Made by a program: the position numbers and the translations under genes. Below the pieces are notes generated by a model. That model was not told the origin of the DNA. It worked only from the letters and a program-made list of their open reading frames with translations, and made no database searches. This document shows, one piece after another, positions 62,413 to 64,000 of a stretch of DNA of 64,000 nucleotides. Positions within the stretch are counted from its first letter, which is position 1. Every line of letters starts with the position of its first letter. This DNA is from Nitrospirota bacterium. Its GTDB lineage: Bacteria > Nitrospirota > UBA9217. The stretch spans positions 1-64,000 of the forward strand of contig DASPSR010000045.1 in the NCBI GenBank assembly GCA_035623825.1. The letters are read 5' to 3'.

Positions 62413-62897
62413 CTCCGAAATTTTTGCTACAGTATTACGTATTACACAAAAGAAATGAGACATTTCTCTAGTTCTTTGAGCTTTCAAGAACATGATTCCC
62501 TGAAAGGGACTGACAGAGAGAACGGCTAATTGGTCTAAGTAGCGCCTTAGGATGCGGCTACTAACATGACAACTGACACAGGTCCTTGGGTGGCCAAGAC
62601 CCTTTTTTAACAATCAGCCATTGAAACATTTTTCTAATAATAGAACTCTTCCAATGATACCTCTACTACAAAAAGTGAGTATTTTAAATGGTAATGATGA
62701 GTACGGGACAAGTTGCCTGTGTTATACTAACTTGGTTTTTAGTCCTTTTTACCGAAAAAGCTAGATAGTCTAATTGTTGAAGCTTTAAATCAAATTTATA
62801 TTTATTTTCCTCCTCTATCCCACAATATGCTATATTTCCCGTGGGGTCACCGAAGAATCAACTTGGTATAATATATGTTGGCATATCTCGGAGGAAG

Positions 62898-64000
62898 ATG
62901 CACAGTATGCAAACCCTAACCTCTTGGCTGATGAAGTATCGATTCCCCATCTTATGCCTCTCGGTTTTTGGGGTCATGTGCTTACACACGAGAAACGGGC
63001 AGTGGATTGGAGACTTTTGGGAACATAGTGCGGTCGTCAGGGAGCTGGCAACGAACATTCTGCAACCGAAACATCCACAGCTCTTGCTGGACGCCCCTCA
63101 TGCTTTCTACTCTCCCTACGCGGTCATAGTAGCTCTCCTTGCTCGCACATTGCACTCGGGCGCTGTTATGGCACTCTCTATCATGGGGCTGGTCAACTTA
63201 TGCCTTTTGTTCCTGGGTCTTAGGCTCTTTGTCTTTTCAATAGTGCCCAAACATCGAAGTGCGACAGCTTTCTATGCGCTGTTACTGACTCTCTTCTGCT
63301 GGGGCTCTCACCCTTGGATTTGGAGTGGCTTCTTTCATATCGGTGTCCTTGGTTATGTCCTTCCATACCCGTCAACATTTGCTGCGGCGCTTACCCTGAT
63401 CGCACTTGGGGCGAATCGGCTTCGAATAGAGACCAAGAGGCAAATCTGGATTGTCGCCATCTTCTTTATTTCTGTCACAGTTCTGATATCACATCCGACC
63501 ACTTTTCTCTTCTTAGTAGTGGGACTTATCTCACAAGCGTGTGCCGAAAAAGGCTCTGTTCCATCTCAGATCGTCTTGGTCGGAGGTCTCTTGACTCTGG
63601 CTTTCCTTGTCGCGACTTTCTGGCCATATTTTCCCATGTTGAGTTTATTCTCGGATGCCAGTACCAGTATGCGTGATATGCAGAGCAGAATCATGTATCA
63701 GCAGGTCTTGAGCAGGATATGGCCGTCTCTGATTGTGGTGCCATTGATCATCGCTAACATGAGGTCAAATTGGCGCCGCCCATTGGTGTTGATGCTAGTA
63801 ATGCTGTTGGGGATCTACGCATTTGGAGCAATATCAGGGAATTACTCCTACGGCCGAGTCATCGCATACATTGTGCTGCTTTTGCATGTCACTATTGCTG
63901 AGCATCTTTCCATTCTTGAATCCAGGGTACATCAGATCCATGCCCCGACCTGGTTCCAGCGACTGATCGTGCCAGCGAGCGTCATGGCTCTCGCCCTGCT
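62898..64000 (+). CDS. Polytopic membrane protein, putative GT-C glycosyltransferase (runs off window)
   Basis: Open frame from ATG 62898/62907 to the edge; GDFWEH loop after first TM, FYSPY, YPSTF, HPTT; lower GC than flanks. Confidence 0.65.
   Translation, partial: MHSMQTLTSWLMKYRFPILCLSVFGVMCLHTRNGQWIGDFWEHSAVVRELATNILQPKHPQLLLDAPHAFYSPYAVIVALLARTLHSGAVMALSIMGLVNLCLLFLGLRLFVFSIVPKHRSATAFYALLLTLFCWGSHPWIWSGFFHIGVLGYVLPYPSTFAAALTLIALGANRLRIETKRQIWIVAIFFISVTVLISHPTTFLFLVVGLISQACAEKGSVPSQIVLVGGLLTLAFLVATFWPYFPMLSLFSDASTSMRDMQSRIMYQQVLSRIWPSLIVVPLIIANMRSNWRRPLVLMLVMLLGIYAFGAISGNYSYGRVIAYIVLLLHVTIAEHLSILESRVHQIHAPTWFQRLIVPASVMALAL

Overview
GC-rich bacterial chromosomal window. The gene content suggests an anaerobe, probably Nitrospirota or Desulfobacterota-like (inference). 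The left third is an H2/redox island: a cytochrome c peroxidase, a c6-like cytochrome, two tandem membrane-bound group 1 [NiFe]-hydrogenase operons (small subunit, large subunit, cytochrome b, protease), an intact IS200/IS605 element (tnpA+tnpB) and a hyp maturation operon. The standout signal is in the first large-subunit gene. It starts at 4897 rather than 5194 and has in-frame TGA codons at BOTH cysteine positions of the N-terminal Ni-binding motif (QRI-U-GV-U-TTVH; TGA at 5074 and 5083). A perfect hairpin follows at bacterial SECIS distance, and the C-terminal DPCxxC motif, where classical [NiFeSe] enzymes carry Sec, is plain Cys. This points to a candidate new type of di-selenocysteine hydrogenase next to an all-Cys second hydrogenase. 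Other oddities are a HypC-HypA fusion, complementary Cys-to-Asp swaps in the two small subunits, two small proteins missed by the ORF track (Sm-like and Zn-finger-like), heme-c motifs in two sensor proteins, a SorB-like remnant and an apparently frameshifted thiE start. The rest is signalling and housekeeping (lepA-lepB, yicC-remA-gmk-rpoZ-coaBC, aroQ-efp-accBC, purH-like, nth, queC). No database searches were run; family calls rest on motif recognition.
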